DNA from: Podarcis liolepis
Lineage: Eukaryota
Direction: 5' to 3' (one strand)
Length of the DNA stretch: 64,000 nucleotides
Assembly (NCBI GenBank): GCA_965112155.1
Contig: OZ218099.1
The translations under genes were made by a program, and so were the position numbers. This document shows positions 38,101 to 49,981 of the stretch, piece after piece. Position 1 is the stretch's first letter. Every line of letters starts with the position of its first letter. The notes under the pieces are model-generated. The model saw only the letters and a program-made list of their open reading frames with translations, did not search any database and was not told the DNA's origin.

Positions 38101-39286
38101 GACTTAAACTTTTATGGGCCACGCAGGGAACAGGCTTGGCAAGGAAAAAAATGAAGCCAGGGACTGCTGGGTTTTGGCTGTTTCTTGCCCACTAGAAATA
38201 CTCTGTCTTGCTATTCATTTTGCTAAAGACAGCGAGAGCCACTGTGACCTTCAACCATTAATGGGTTACTAGTATGCCTAAGGATCTTCACACACTTCCT
38301 TCTCCCCTGCTTGCTCTCCAAGTCCTCTCAGTATGGTGTGAGTTAGTTTAAATAAATAATACTGACCATAAAATTCAAGTCAATTTCTTTTTCTTTTTTC
38401 TCTTCTGTGTCTTTGTTGCTGACAACAAATACTATAATTTGTCAGGATAAAATGCTTGGAAATTAGATGTAAAAAGATCTAGATTAAAATCCTCAAGCTA
38501 AAAATAATAATTTAAAAATTGATTTGAGATGGGATCTAACTAATGAAAGATTCAGCAGCGATGGCCTTTGAAAACACAGAGCGGGCTGGGTGGGATGGAG
38601 ATGCCGTGGTGACATCCTAGGATTACTTTTGAGTTTAATAAGCCATTTAAATTGGCTGAAAAGTTAAACTAGACTACAGAACCAATTTGGCAAGAATATA
38701 CCATTTTTTTCCTGTTCTATTGAATAATTTTGTCGTTGCTGCTGTTTGCATGATTGGGATGGGAAAGTAAATTGTTTCAAACAGAATAGCAATTTGTCAG
38801 CATTGTTGATTAAATACTTTTAAGACAATAAAATGTCAAGAGATATCCTGATGAAAACTGGCAAAGGTCTTCCCAGAATTCCATGGATTCAATGGGGGGG
38901 AAAAAACTTACGAGGCCACTGTTCTTTGTTATTTGGCCACAGCTCAATGGGTGGAAAGGGGAGCAATGAATCAAAGCTCAAGGATGTTCACTGTGTGGAG
39001 AAAGTCGCAATGGTTCGTGCTTCCCAAAGTCTTGCTCAGAGCTCAACCTGCACAACCTGCTGTGCAGAGACACTGGAAGGGCAAGGAGAGGATGGCAGGA
39101 AACAAGAAACAAAACAATGAGAATAGCTTCTGGACTTCTGAATGACGAAAGAGAAGGTCCTCATGAGTGAGTGCCAAGGTGTAACCAGAGTTGATGGGAC
39201 TAGGCAGCTGCCCTCTTCTGGCAAGTCTGGAGGGAATGGAGATGGTGCACAAAGCAAAAATGAATGGGCTAGACTAAATGGATGTT

Positions 39287-39415
39287 TCAAAGGCAAGACA
39301 CCAAGGGCAGCGGATGGCGACTGGCAGTCAAATAGAGGAGGAGGAGCTGCAGAGATAACAAGATACTCAAAGAAGGTCTAAAGGAGGCCCCTCTTCCACA
39401 GTCTGAGGTATCTTC
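39287..39415 (-). CDS. CACNA2D2: CACNA2D2 last coding exon (GPI-anchor signal region)
   Basis: [42 protein letters not shown]; tttccatAG acceptor; TGA at 39289-39287. Confidence 0.95.
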   Translation of the reverse strand, partial: EDTSDCGRGASFRPSLSILLSLQLLLLYLTASRHPLPLVSCL

Positions 39416-40194
39416 CTATGGAAACAACAAAAAAGGATAGATAATTTTGGTCATTCCATATGTAGGCACGGATAAGTTACTTCCCTGCATGTGTTTCAAT
39501 ATGATTTTCAAAAGCTGTTCAACATGAACCACAATAGTCTTTATGATTCAGTAGACACTTCAATCTCCCATCCTAGGTGCATTACTCTGTACATATTCTC
39601 ACAGTTCCTATAAACATGGGAAAGGAAAATTATCTCTTTTTTTGAAGATAGAGCCCAGTGAGATTAGAAGGACTTCCAGATGAGCTCTAAGGAATAGTTG
39701 GCAAAAAGAGTGCCACCTCCCAAATAGAGTGGTTTTGCTATTAGAAAAGGAGTGCCTTATTAAAGAGATACTCATCCTCCCAGAGGTGCATCTTGTGAAA
39801 GTGATTTGAAGGGCAACACTGCGTGTGTCACATCACACATGCGCAATGTCCCATCATCACACATGCAACATCAGGCTGTCGGAAGGAGCTGGGGAGTACA
39901 GCTAAATGCAGCGGTAGTGTAGCTTCAACGGCTGGTGGCTCCTCCGGTGAGGGGCTCCTTCTGGCCACTGAAGCCACGCCATGCTTGGCCTCTTCTGCCC
40001 CCAATATTTTGGGCTGCTTTTTCCTGATCTCTACCCTTTGCAGTGCATCTTGCTACACTGGGACAAATTTGGCGAGGAGTGTTACCCCACAGTAAATATG
40101 CCAATTGAATTAGCAGGCTAGGGGATGAGTAGATGGACTAGTGGCCTGGTACTCCAGCTTCCTATTGCGAGCAGTACTCTGACTGAATCCCTTA

Positions 40195-40380
40195 GGGACA
40201 TAGGAAGTTGCCTTATACAAAGTCAGACCGTTGGTCCATCTGACTCAGCATTGCCTACAATGACTGGTTGTAGCTCTCCAGGATTTCAAACAGGAATTTC
40301 CTCCAGTCTACTTGGACATGCCAGGTATCAAACCTCAAACCTATATGTAAATAAGTGTTCTCCCACTGAACTATAGCCCT
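40195..40380 (-). mobile_element. Degenerate tRNA-derived SINE with CR1-like tail
   Basis: Minus strand begins gggctatagttcagtggga (box A-like) and ends ...tataaggcaacttcctatgtc. Confidence 0.55.
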
Positions 40381-40547
40381 CCCCTACATACAGCCCTGAT
40401 ATGGCCCTTCATATCAGTAGAATGGTTTGACAAGGAAAGCTCTAGCCTACAGCTTCAGCCTTGGGTTTCTCAAATTCCAGGCTATCCTCCTAACGGAGCA
40501 AAGCCACTTTAGATATATCCATGCACTCCTTGTGTCCTCCTACTTAC

Positions 40548-40636
40548 CGTTGCATTGTAGTCAAAACAGATGTGGGGACCTTTTCGATACCGTGGCTTGT
40601 CTACTAGTTCACACTGATTGGGATCTCCCGGTGGAG
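40548..40636 (-). CDS. CACNA2D2: CACNA2D2 exon (89 nt)
   Basis: (A)[29 protein letters not shown]; donor GTAAGT. Confidence 0.94.
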
Positions 40637-41344
40637 CTTTCCAGTGTCAAAGAAAATATAGCACAAGGCAATAAATACACTTGTAGTGATATGGAAGAGC
40701 GGGAGGAGTGGGGTCAAAGAAAGGAGCCCTTGATTATGGAGACTAGCAACCACAAGAACTGCCCTGCTGGATCAGACCAAGGACCTTTCACAGGGGTGGC
40801 CAGGTCCTGAGCTTCCCCCTTCCCCTTGGGCCTGATGGGGATTGACCAATGATGTCTGGTGACCCAACTTCAAAGTATCAAATAATATCTGAGTGTCACA
40901 GCAATTGCTCCATTTGCACAGTTATAATCTGGCCATGTTTCCACCCAACAAGCAAAAGCACAGAATATTTGTAGAGCTATAGTGCAAGAAACAGGAAAAC
41001 CATTGCAAAACATTGGGGGGGGGGAGGTGGACTGAAGAGGCACCAATCATGGAAACACTGGGGGCTCATGACTGCATTGTGTGGATTTACAAGTAAACAA
41101 AACATTACAGTAATGGGAGAAACCAGCAGTGTGGATGTGGCCAATGTCTGTCATGACATTTTTCACAGGGAGAGGGCAATGGCTTATTTGTATCCACTGC
41201 TTTTTGTTACATGTCTATAAATGCTTCATCAGAAATATACCATGTGTTAACTCTCATTTTCAAATTAAATTCACATGAACAGAATCCCACAAGGATCCCT
41301 ACCTACTGGTAGACATGAAAGGAAAATAGGCAACCATGTGTAGA

Positions 41345-41750
41345 CAGTACATTAGAAGAGCCTGCTGGATCAGGCCAAAGGCACATTTTGTCCAGCATTC
41401 TGTTCTCACAGTAGCTACCGGTAATCAGATGCCTTTGGGAACCCCACAAGTAGGGCATGAGTGCAGCAGAACTCTCCCCACTCATATTCCCCAGCAATTG
41501 ATTATCAGAGGCAGGCCAGATCTGATACCGGAGACCATATACAGCCATAATAATTGATAGCCATTGATATTTTCCATGAATTTGTCTAGTCTCCTTTTAA
41601 AGCCATCCAAATTGATGGCTACATCATCTTGTAGTAGCAAATTCAATTGTTTAACTGTGTGAAGAAATACTTTATTTTGTCTGTCCTGAATCCTTCAACA
41701 TTCTGCTTTGTTGGCTAGCCCCAGGTTCTAGTATTATGCAAGAGAGAGCT
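41345..41750 (-). mobile_element. CR1 LINE 3' end
   Basis: Reverse complement of a CR1-type 3' UTR (cattagaagagcctgctggatcaggccaaagg...tccagcattctgttctcacag). Confidence 0.65.
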
Positions 41751-41777
41751 TCCAAATATTTACTTTAATGTTTCTTA

Positions 41778-42429
41778 TGTAACTAACCTGGCTTATAAGG
41801 CCTAATGCTATTGTGACTTTTTCTGGTCTTTCTGCTATTTGAGTATAATTAAGCCATAAATCCAATGGAACCTAGAGTGTGAATGTGTGAGAGTGATTTC
41901 CTTGTTACAGGGAAGGAAGAGAGAGTGCTGTGGGAGTGAGAAGCAACTGGAGTGAGTAATCGCCATAACATAACAGCAGCCAAAGCGAGTCTGGGCCTCG
42001 CTAACAGGCAATATACAACACCGTGCAATGTAATATCAGCCACCCTGGAGAGAGCCAAGGGCCTATTTGCCAGATAAGAAGGAAGTATAACTTTTCTATT
42101 GGTTCTGCCAGTGGCAACATGGTTTATGGTTTTATGGTCTCTCTGTCCATGTGACAGTCTAGTGTAGTGAAAATGTGCGGTGACCTTTGAGGTATAAAAA
42201 CACCCCAAAACTAAAGCAAGTCGGAGATTCACACAGACTCTTGAGGCAGGCATGCGGAGACCCAGGGGCACTGGTCTCTCATCAACACATTACACTTGAA
42301 CCAGCCACCCAGGTTGTGCATTTGTAAGTATGAGCGCATGTTAGGTGACTTTATTCATAATTTGAGCATATTGCGGGGTTAAGAGCACTAACTGCTATAT
42401 TCTGATTAATAAAGCTTCAAATTTTTACA
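41778..42429 (+). mobile_element. Candidate solo LTR (about 650 bp)
   Basis: TGTAAC...TTTACA termini, TATAAAA near 42194, AATAAA near 42408; no convincing TSD. Confidence 0.4.
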
Positions 42430-42432
42430 TTA

Positions 42433-42658
42433 CAGTGGTACATCGGGTTAAGAACTTAATTCATTCTGGAGGTCCGTTCTTAACCTGAAACTGTTCTTAA
42501 CCTGAGGTACCACTTTAGCTAATGGGGCCTCCCGCTGCTGCTGTGCCGCCGGAGCACGATTTCTGTTCTCATCCTGAAGCAAAGTTCTTAACCCGAGGTA
42601 CTATTTCTGGGTTAGCGGAGTCTGTAACCTGAAGTGTCTGTAACCTGAGGTACCACTG
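42433..42658 (-). mobile_element. Tc1/mariner (Tigger-like) MITE, copy 3
   Basis: Same TIRs and TA TSD as the copies at 21258 and 21955. Confidence 0.9.
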
Positions 42659-43247
42659 TAGAGTGTTTTTCGACTCCACCTTGCCCTGTGCTGATCAGCC
42701 AGAGCTCAGCCAGTTTGATAAACAGATTGCACCAGGAACCATGCCTATAAAAGGGCCACACGTTTTAAAAAGAAGTTTCTAGCTCTCCTGGAAGGAAGGT
42801 TATGAAGCAAAACATGCATGTACAAAGGTGTGTAGGTATCTCAATTTGGGTGAAAAGAAGCTATCAACTACCTATCACCCAAAGGGACTTCACACCCCAC
42901 CGCTTGCATTAAGACTTAGCACAGGTAAGTATTTTCATATGTGCATGCCAACTGATAATGGGGAGGTGGAGGTGTGCTCTGGAACAGCCCATGTGACCTG
43001 AAAAGCACCACCCACTTTTCATGCGCCTCCCACTCTAAACGTTGCCATGGGCCATGGAATTGCGCAATGAATACAGTCCAATATTCATTGGCATGTAGAA
43101 ACAGAGCAGCAATTCCACTCTCAACAAAAACAACACTGCAATGCCGAGGCAGGGGGGAGAAGGGGAGGGAAGGGTTCCAATGTGGTTGGGCCCATTATGT
43201 TGAACCTGATACCGCATCATGCAGCAGAGCTGAGAAGCAAAGGATAC

Positions 43248-43357
43248 CCTTTATCTCCGCTTGGAGAAGCTTGGTGGACTCACACTGGCTGCATATTGGC
43301 TTTTCTGCTACAACAAACAGAAGGTTGGTGCGAGCAAGCCTTTGTGCATGGAATAGC
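43248..43357 (-). CDS. CACNA2D2: CACNA2D2 exon (110 nt)
   Basis: (R)[36 protein letters not shown]. Confidence 0.95.
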
Positions 43358-44519
43358 CTAGGGAAGAAAAAGAAAAGGGCGTGGGGAAAGGAGGAAGTGC
43401 TGCTATCATGCTGATTTAGTACTATTTCTATTTACTGCAGATTATTACAACAGTTCAGCTCATAAAATAAAGGTTAAAGTTACATTTGGCCTTATGGCAA
43501 AACTACACATGCCCAAATACAAAATATATGCAAACTGCATCAGATAAGAGCTGTATGTGTGTGCAATTTGCCACTTTTTACCTTTCTAAATGCATGCAAC
43601 TGGCAGTGGAAGAAGGATCAGGCCCCACTCTTGTGTATTTGGAAGGAAAACATGACTAATAATAAAGGAATACACAATTTACTTTTGGTCATGATTATGC
43701 TTGCTTCTTTATCTAGGCATTATCTATGATATGCATTTAGGTCCAAAATACAGCTTATTTTAAATGTGTTCTCACACATAAAGTGACTGCTTATTTTATT
43801 TAAACAATTAGTCACCACAGGGCAGGGGAGAGACCAAGACTGTAGGGAAAGGATTTAACTTTTTCCTCCCCCACTGCAGTCCTGATGAACAACCCCCAAC
43901 CCCAGCTCCTATCTCCATTTCTGTCAGCCGGAGCTTCCCTCACAATGTAAACAACAGTTTTGGAATGGGGTGATTTTCATCAGAATGGTGGTTTGTGTGT
44001 ATATGAGGGTAAAAACTCCTCACATTGGCCTGTCATGGTCCTGCTCCTGATTGCCCCCAAGCCTCCTGTGGCATCTACTTTTGCTTTTAAAATAATGCAT
44101 TTGACACAATGTTTTCTTTGGTTTAATATTCTAATTGGCTTAGTATTCATTCTGTCTGCCTAGGGCAACCAGATAACTGGAATTCTTTGAGCAGGCCAAA
44201 CTTCAACTCCTAGGATTTTATTTTTTTAGCGCCATGATAGTTAAAACTGTATAAAAATGATATCAATCTGTAGTGTAGATACACCCACCCCGCAATTCAG
44301 ACCAATATTGCCTGTTCCTGGAAAGCAATCTATCTGCATAATTCCACCAGGATCTCTTGTATCTTAGCCAAATACCACTCACTGCCCTTACTAGTTTCCA
44401 TACTGCTAATTCTGGTGATCAATTTTAACCCTACTTTAAAAGAGACCTGAGCCAGAAGGGATTGCTACCTTCTAGGTCAGCTAGTATGAATGTTTATAGC
44501 AGGGACATCTCCCACTGAC

Positions 44520-44643
44520 CTGGAGCAATTTCCACAGTCAATGATGGTGTTGTAGGTGTAGTCAACTGTGCTAAAATAGTATTGGGTCTGCTTCATGATG
44601 CAGCTGGTCTCCTTGGATTCCATGCTGTCAGCTGCCACATCCT
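44520..44643 (-). CDS. CACNA2D2: CACNA2D2 exon (124 nt; approximate start of the delta chain)
   Basis: (E)[40 protein letters not shown](R). Confidence 0.95.
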
Positions 44644-45281
44644 CTGTTCGGACACACAATACATACAGTTGGAAATAATGGAAGTGGCAAACATTTATCC
44701 TTCCTGAATCATCTAAATTAGCTGTTCTCCTTTAATGTTGTGTCTAAGGGCTTTAACCACATATTATGTTAATTATAGGGCTTGCAGACATGTCAGCTGA
44801 AAAAAAAAATCCTAAATGCACCAATTTCCATGGGAATAGCAGCACCTGGGGAGGGGTTTTTTAACCTGTGTGTAAATTATAGGTATGGCACCTGCGCAGT
44901 GGTGGCTGGTGACATTTTGACTTGGTAGGGCTACAGTCTTTGACCTTGCTGTTTTTATCACAATCGGAATTGCACAGCACTTATTTAGAAAAGCGTGCCA
45001 TTACACGTGGGCAGAATGCCATTGTCTCCTTTCTAAAAACACACAAATCAATTATTCTCTGCACATCTATGGACAGGGAAAAAGCTCCCATGTAACAGGA
45101 CCCAAGTATGGTTTTCAAAGAAGATCAACTCCATTACCTCTTATTTAGAAATTAAGCCATATCACATGACCCATGTTTTTGCATTCATGTAAAACACACC
45201 TGTTGCAAACCCCCCAATCACACAAAAACGTTTTAAATGTGAGGAAAACTTGCTTCCAGATGCATGCAGTAGGGAGCTTAC

Positions 45282-45337
45282 CTGTTTGAAACCAGCTATT
45301 GTAGGTTAGTCCATACAAGAATTGCTGAAACAGAGAC
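45282..45337 (-). CDS. CACNA2D2: CACNA2D2 exon (56 nt)
   Basis: (W)SLFQQFLYGLTYNSWFQT. Confidence 0.95.
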
Positions 45338-46466
45338 CTTATAGAAGAAAACAGCAGAGCTATTAGGTGAAGAAAACAAATGCAGGTCACCAACCCAAAT
45401 ATGTTCCTTGGCTTATGGGACCAAAAAGATATGAAGTCTCACTTTTCTAGGCCAAAAGGGTAGAAAGAAGCAAGGAGCCTCAAGATCACTAGTTCTCAGA
45501 CTTTTTTGTGGGCCACTTAAAAATTGTTGGGAGTCTCGGTGGATCACTTAGCAAACTTTCTTGTTTTTGTTCACCATAGTGTTGCTTTTTTAATGGTTTT
45601 CAGTCTTTTAATTAAAAAACAAGGCTTATAATTGCAATTTTAAAAGACTTCCCTTTCTAATGTGATGAATGCGAGCTCTGAAGTTTGGTGTCATGTTTGT
45701 CAGTTTACAAAAGGGGTGCAACTGGGTGGAGGCAGGGCTGGACATAAATATAGTTGCAATTTTGTTTAGGGTGCTTCTTTTTCATTAACAGCTACTAATT
45801 GATATTTACATTATGTACTGTATAGAAGCAGACACAGCTTTCCTTCCATGGTTAATTCCAAGCAATGACACCCTTACAAGCACACAGTTGACTCTCTATG
45901 TCAAATAAAGCTACAGGTGTAGGTTGGTTGAGTTGCACCTCATGAAACCCATGCATACACAGCTCATGAAACCATGTTACCCTAGCATGGTAGGGTGGTA
46001 CGAATTTGGGAGGAAAACACAAGCATTTCACTCCTGGAGTAAACATGAAGAAAAACAAAACATCACGGTGAAAATCTACACCATATAATCAAAATAATGG
46101 GCCCTAGCTGCTGAAAATGGCTCATTTATCCGGTAGGTAAAAAGTCAAATAATGAAAATTATGTTCGATAATCCAGCTCAGGCTAAGATGGCAGCAATTT
46201 CTGTCATGGGGAAAAACAAATCGAAGTACAGTGGGAAAGTACAGATATTTGTAATAGTTCTGCAACCATTCTACAGACCACCTAAATGGGTTTTGCCTTA
46301 GATCTTTGCAGAACTTGTTGAAATGTTGACAACCCTAGAACTATTCTACCAGATACTTCTTGATGTGTGTTCTCTCGCTGTTATGTGCAGTGCAGAGTGG
46401 CCCAATGTGTGGCATTCCTGTCCTGCTGTAAGAGCTTATCCAGTAAAGGGCAAAAGAAAGGCTTAC

Positions 46467-46519
46467 CATGCAGCTGCTGAGGTCCACCAGGCCAGGTTCA
46501 GGAAATCTGCCATTGTTGG
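46467..46519 (-). CDS. CACNA2D2: CACNA2D2 exon (53 nt)
   Basis: PTMADFLNLAWWTSAAA(W). Confidence 0.95.
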
Positions 46520-47504
46520 CTGGACATAAAGGGATAAGGGAAATGTGGTTGTTAACAGAAAAATACCACTGTTAGCTCAAGCTCAAAGTGCTGTAGCAGC
46601 TTTTCACATGCTAAGGATCAAACATGAAGCCCAGAGGCAGGATTCTGTAATGTTTTGAAAAACCCAACCTTTTGACCACATTTATCTGCATCTAATGGTG
46701 CTTTGCCACTGATAGAGAATACACAAATAATTCTACAGAGGGACCCATTGATTCATGATGCAGAGAAGACAAGGTTCACAAAGAGCCAGAGCAGCCCTAC
46801 TCATGAGCACAGCAAGCACACCCAGGCATGCAAAAATTGTGATTAGGTGGCCTTGCCTGGCAACACTTTTCTCATAATACAATTTTTGAGATAACTAGCA
46901 CTGATTTTACTAGTACTAGACAAAGATCAGGGGCTTGGAAACCTCTCAGTGACTCATTGTGGTTAGTAAACTATCAGACCTCTCTTGTGGCCCATAAATA
47001 GAAGAAAATGAAAAGACTTTACAAGAAGAAATGGTGACGAATTACCAATTTAAAACAACTCCATCTGCACTCTGATGCAACTGTACAAAACGTATGGGAA
47101 AAAGAAGGGCAAAGTGTTGCTAGATAGCAGGTAGACATTGTTTGGATTATTCATGCTCTGCATCACTGATAGACCAAGGCCAGTTCTTACCTTTGAGCCA
47201 CTGTGTGGGAAGTTGCTTTAAAGGCCACTTGATGTGATGGCTCTAATATGCCAAAGCTACTCACTCTCCAGTTCACCCACCAGGTGTGGAGAATATCCAA
47301 GCCACCACCAATTACAATTTAAAAATTCAACAATCCTCATCCTTCCTAAACACTGCATTGATACAGCTGACAATTCTTCTCTTTGCCTTAAGTATACTGT
47401 GGTTACTGTGCTTACATAATTCCACCTGTAAAGCAAATCCCCACTTGTATGCACAATGCTGAAACCTTCAGGTAAGTCTTCACGGCATGGGAGCCCCCAC
47501 TCAC

Positions 47505-47657
47505 CACATACACCCCACGCAGAGCGCCTCCCGTATTGCTCGGAGGTTCTGGAGCGCAGACAGACTGGAAGTCGTAGGATTCTTTCCGTGTGAAGAACGA
47601 GTTGTTGTAGAGAGCAGACATCAAGTGAGCGTCGACCTCACTGAAGAACTTCCCTAC
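47505..47657 (-). CDS. CACNA2D2: CACNA2D2 exon (153 nt)
   Basis: [51 protein letters not shown]. Confidence 0.96.
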
Positions 47658-48763
47658 CTGGAAAAGGGAAAAAAGGATGAAATAATTCGTTTAAGCTGTA
47701 TCCAGCTGATTATGCATTTTCCAACCATGGCTGCTTCCAGACAGGGACCTTTTATTGCAGATGGGTAATGATCAGATTTTTCTGTGTGCAGATTTGGTGC
47801 TTCAGCTTCCATGCATTCCTCCCCGCCCCCCATCACTATATTTATTAGTATTGCTCTCCAAACCAGTGGGCAGAGCTTGATGGAATGCATCTCAGCCGTG
47901 TGGTTTTTTGTCCTTCCTCTTAATCATTCCTCCCTCACCTCCACTGTCTTTCCCACCGTGTATCTCTATATGTGTATGTGTTTATACCAAGTCACCATGC
48001 TTAACAATGGGAGAAATGGAAATTTATGCTTTCCTTGGGAAGGACAATGCCTACTTCTATTTGGTTTTCTTTCTTTTTCTTTTTCAATGGAGGTAGAACA
48101 TAGCCATTGTGGCTATTAGCCATTGAAATCTGGATTAAATGTAAAAAAAGTATTGGCTGGCATTTCGATAATGTGTATGGCATTGGTTGGGTGCTGCAAA
48201 AATACTTGTGAGCATTAGCAGTAATGCTACCAGTCCAATAGAAATGGGAGCAATGTATAAACTCTGCTAAACATGTAGGAAGCTTCTGAACATGCATGTT
48301 GGCAACTGGGGTCCTCCATGTGTCAATTGTCTGATATCATAATGATGTTAGAGGACCCAAAGTAATTACTCCCCTTTGTGGGTTTGCTTTGAGCCACTTG
48401 CATTCAAGCTAGTGATACAAAGGAATATGAGCTGATCAGTGCTTATAGCAAATCCCAGGGATTGGCTGCCCTATGGTACCCCCAGCAAGGAATTCTGTAG
48501 TGCAACTGATTTCAGTGGGCTTGTTAGCAAGCATTCCTTTACCTAGCGGCTGGCGCTGACAACAAGCCTTGCTTGCCAAACTCTACATTGTTCATATACG
48601 CATTTCTATCTGCCCCACACCTTACGTTGCATATGACATTGGGTGTGTGACAAGTAGGTGTGATTTGGGGGAAACGATGAGCTAAATTGTTACCCTTGTT
48701 GGGCCTAATTTGGCCTGTGGACTGGAGGTTCTCTACCCCTGCTATAGAAAAAGCACAGCTTAC

Positions 48764-48835
48764 CTGGAACCAGTAATCCTCCTGGTTGGAAAGTACCAGA
48801 AAACCCCCATCATCGATGAGAACACAAAGGAGGTC
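48764..48835 (-). CDS. CACNA2D2: CACNA2D2 exon (72 nt)
   Basis: [24 protein letters not shown]. Confidence 0.96.
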
Positions 48836-49344
48836 CTGAAAGATTGAACAATACTTTGTGTTTTGCAGTGGCTTCTAAATTCTGGTTTAGACATTAGTCT
48901 ACATGCCTGATTGTCTCTATAATGAGCAAAGGCAACCGTAAATGAGCATTCCTTGTCATTCTATAAACATTTATGGTGCTCACATGTGTTTAAGGATCAG
49001 GGTAGTCTAAGAGCAAGGGAATAAAGGTGGTGGAAACAAAGCTTGGTATGTGTATGTGTATACACACACACATGCACAGAGCTCCCTATTTTGCCACCCG
49101 AGGCAAGATCTTGTCAAACTGATGCCATTGATGGCACGATTTATCCACTGGAGGTGGTGCCCATGAGGGTGTTGACTCTTTGGCTTATGCCACCCAAGGC
49201 GACTGCTTCACCCCACATCAGGATTTCTGACAGTTTTCTGGTTTAGGAAGCAGCTAAGGATACACTACAATAAGCATTAAGAGTCGCTATGTAACAATCA
49301 GCAAAAAGGCCCAGTTATTTTCCATCTGTTTCCTCCATGTTTAC

Positions 49345-49392
49345 CTTGTAATTAGCCTCACAGTCCATCTCGCAGCCTGTGGAGGGGTCACA
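49345..49392 (-). CDS. CACNA2D2: CACNA2D2 exon (48 nt)
   Basis: CDPSTGCEMDCEANYK; tttccAG acceptor, GTAAAC donor. Confidence 0.92.
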
Positions 49393-49981
49393 CTGGAAAT
49401 GAAAGAAGAAAGGCAGTGACACCAAGAGAATTTGAAACACATCTCAAAACTGAATTACTTAAATCCCACATCCACACCCTTCCTAATCACAAGAGGACAG
49501 GTTCTACAGTCAGAAGGGAATTGTGAGGAAATGAGAATAGAGACAGCTTTGGCAACATTTATCTATACTCTGGTAATATTTAGATTGCTGCAGTGTGCTG
49601 TACGTGGGGAATTATGATGACTGTCCAGTCGGAGTAAAATGGAGTGTAATAATCGATTCTCACAGATCTGCTTCTGTCCATCCAAGGTGGGGAGGGGCAG
49701 GGGAGGAGGGCGGGGAAGAAGGGTGCCAGACCAGTTTTGCAGGATTGTAGCCACTCCTGCTGAGAACAGTAATAACAGCGCATGGATTGTTCACATCGAG
49801 ATCCATAGTGGGAGAAAATGTAACTAGTTAAAAAGTCGTCTTAAAAGTGGTTTAAAAATCGTTCTAAGGAATAGAAGTGAAACGTGCCAGCAAGAAGCAG
49901 CAGCAGCAGAAAAAACACTAACATGGACTGGCAATGGGATTCACTGCTTGGACTATACTTTGGTGGTCTTCACTTGTTTTC

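Larger units (their letters stand above)
40637..43247 (-). other. CACNA2D2: U12-type (minor spliceosome) GT-AG intron of CACNA2D2
   Basis: 5' splice site GTATCCTTT; branch-like TTTTCTTTGAC about 10 nt before AG; no polypyrimidine tract next to the AG. Confidence 0.88.
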
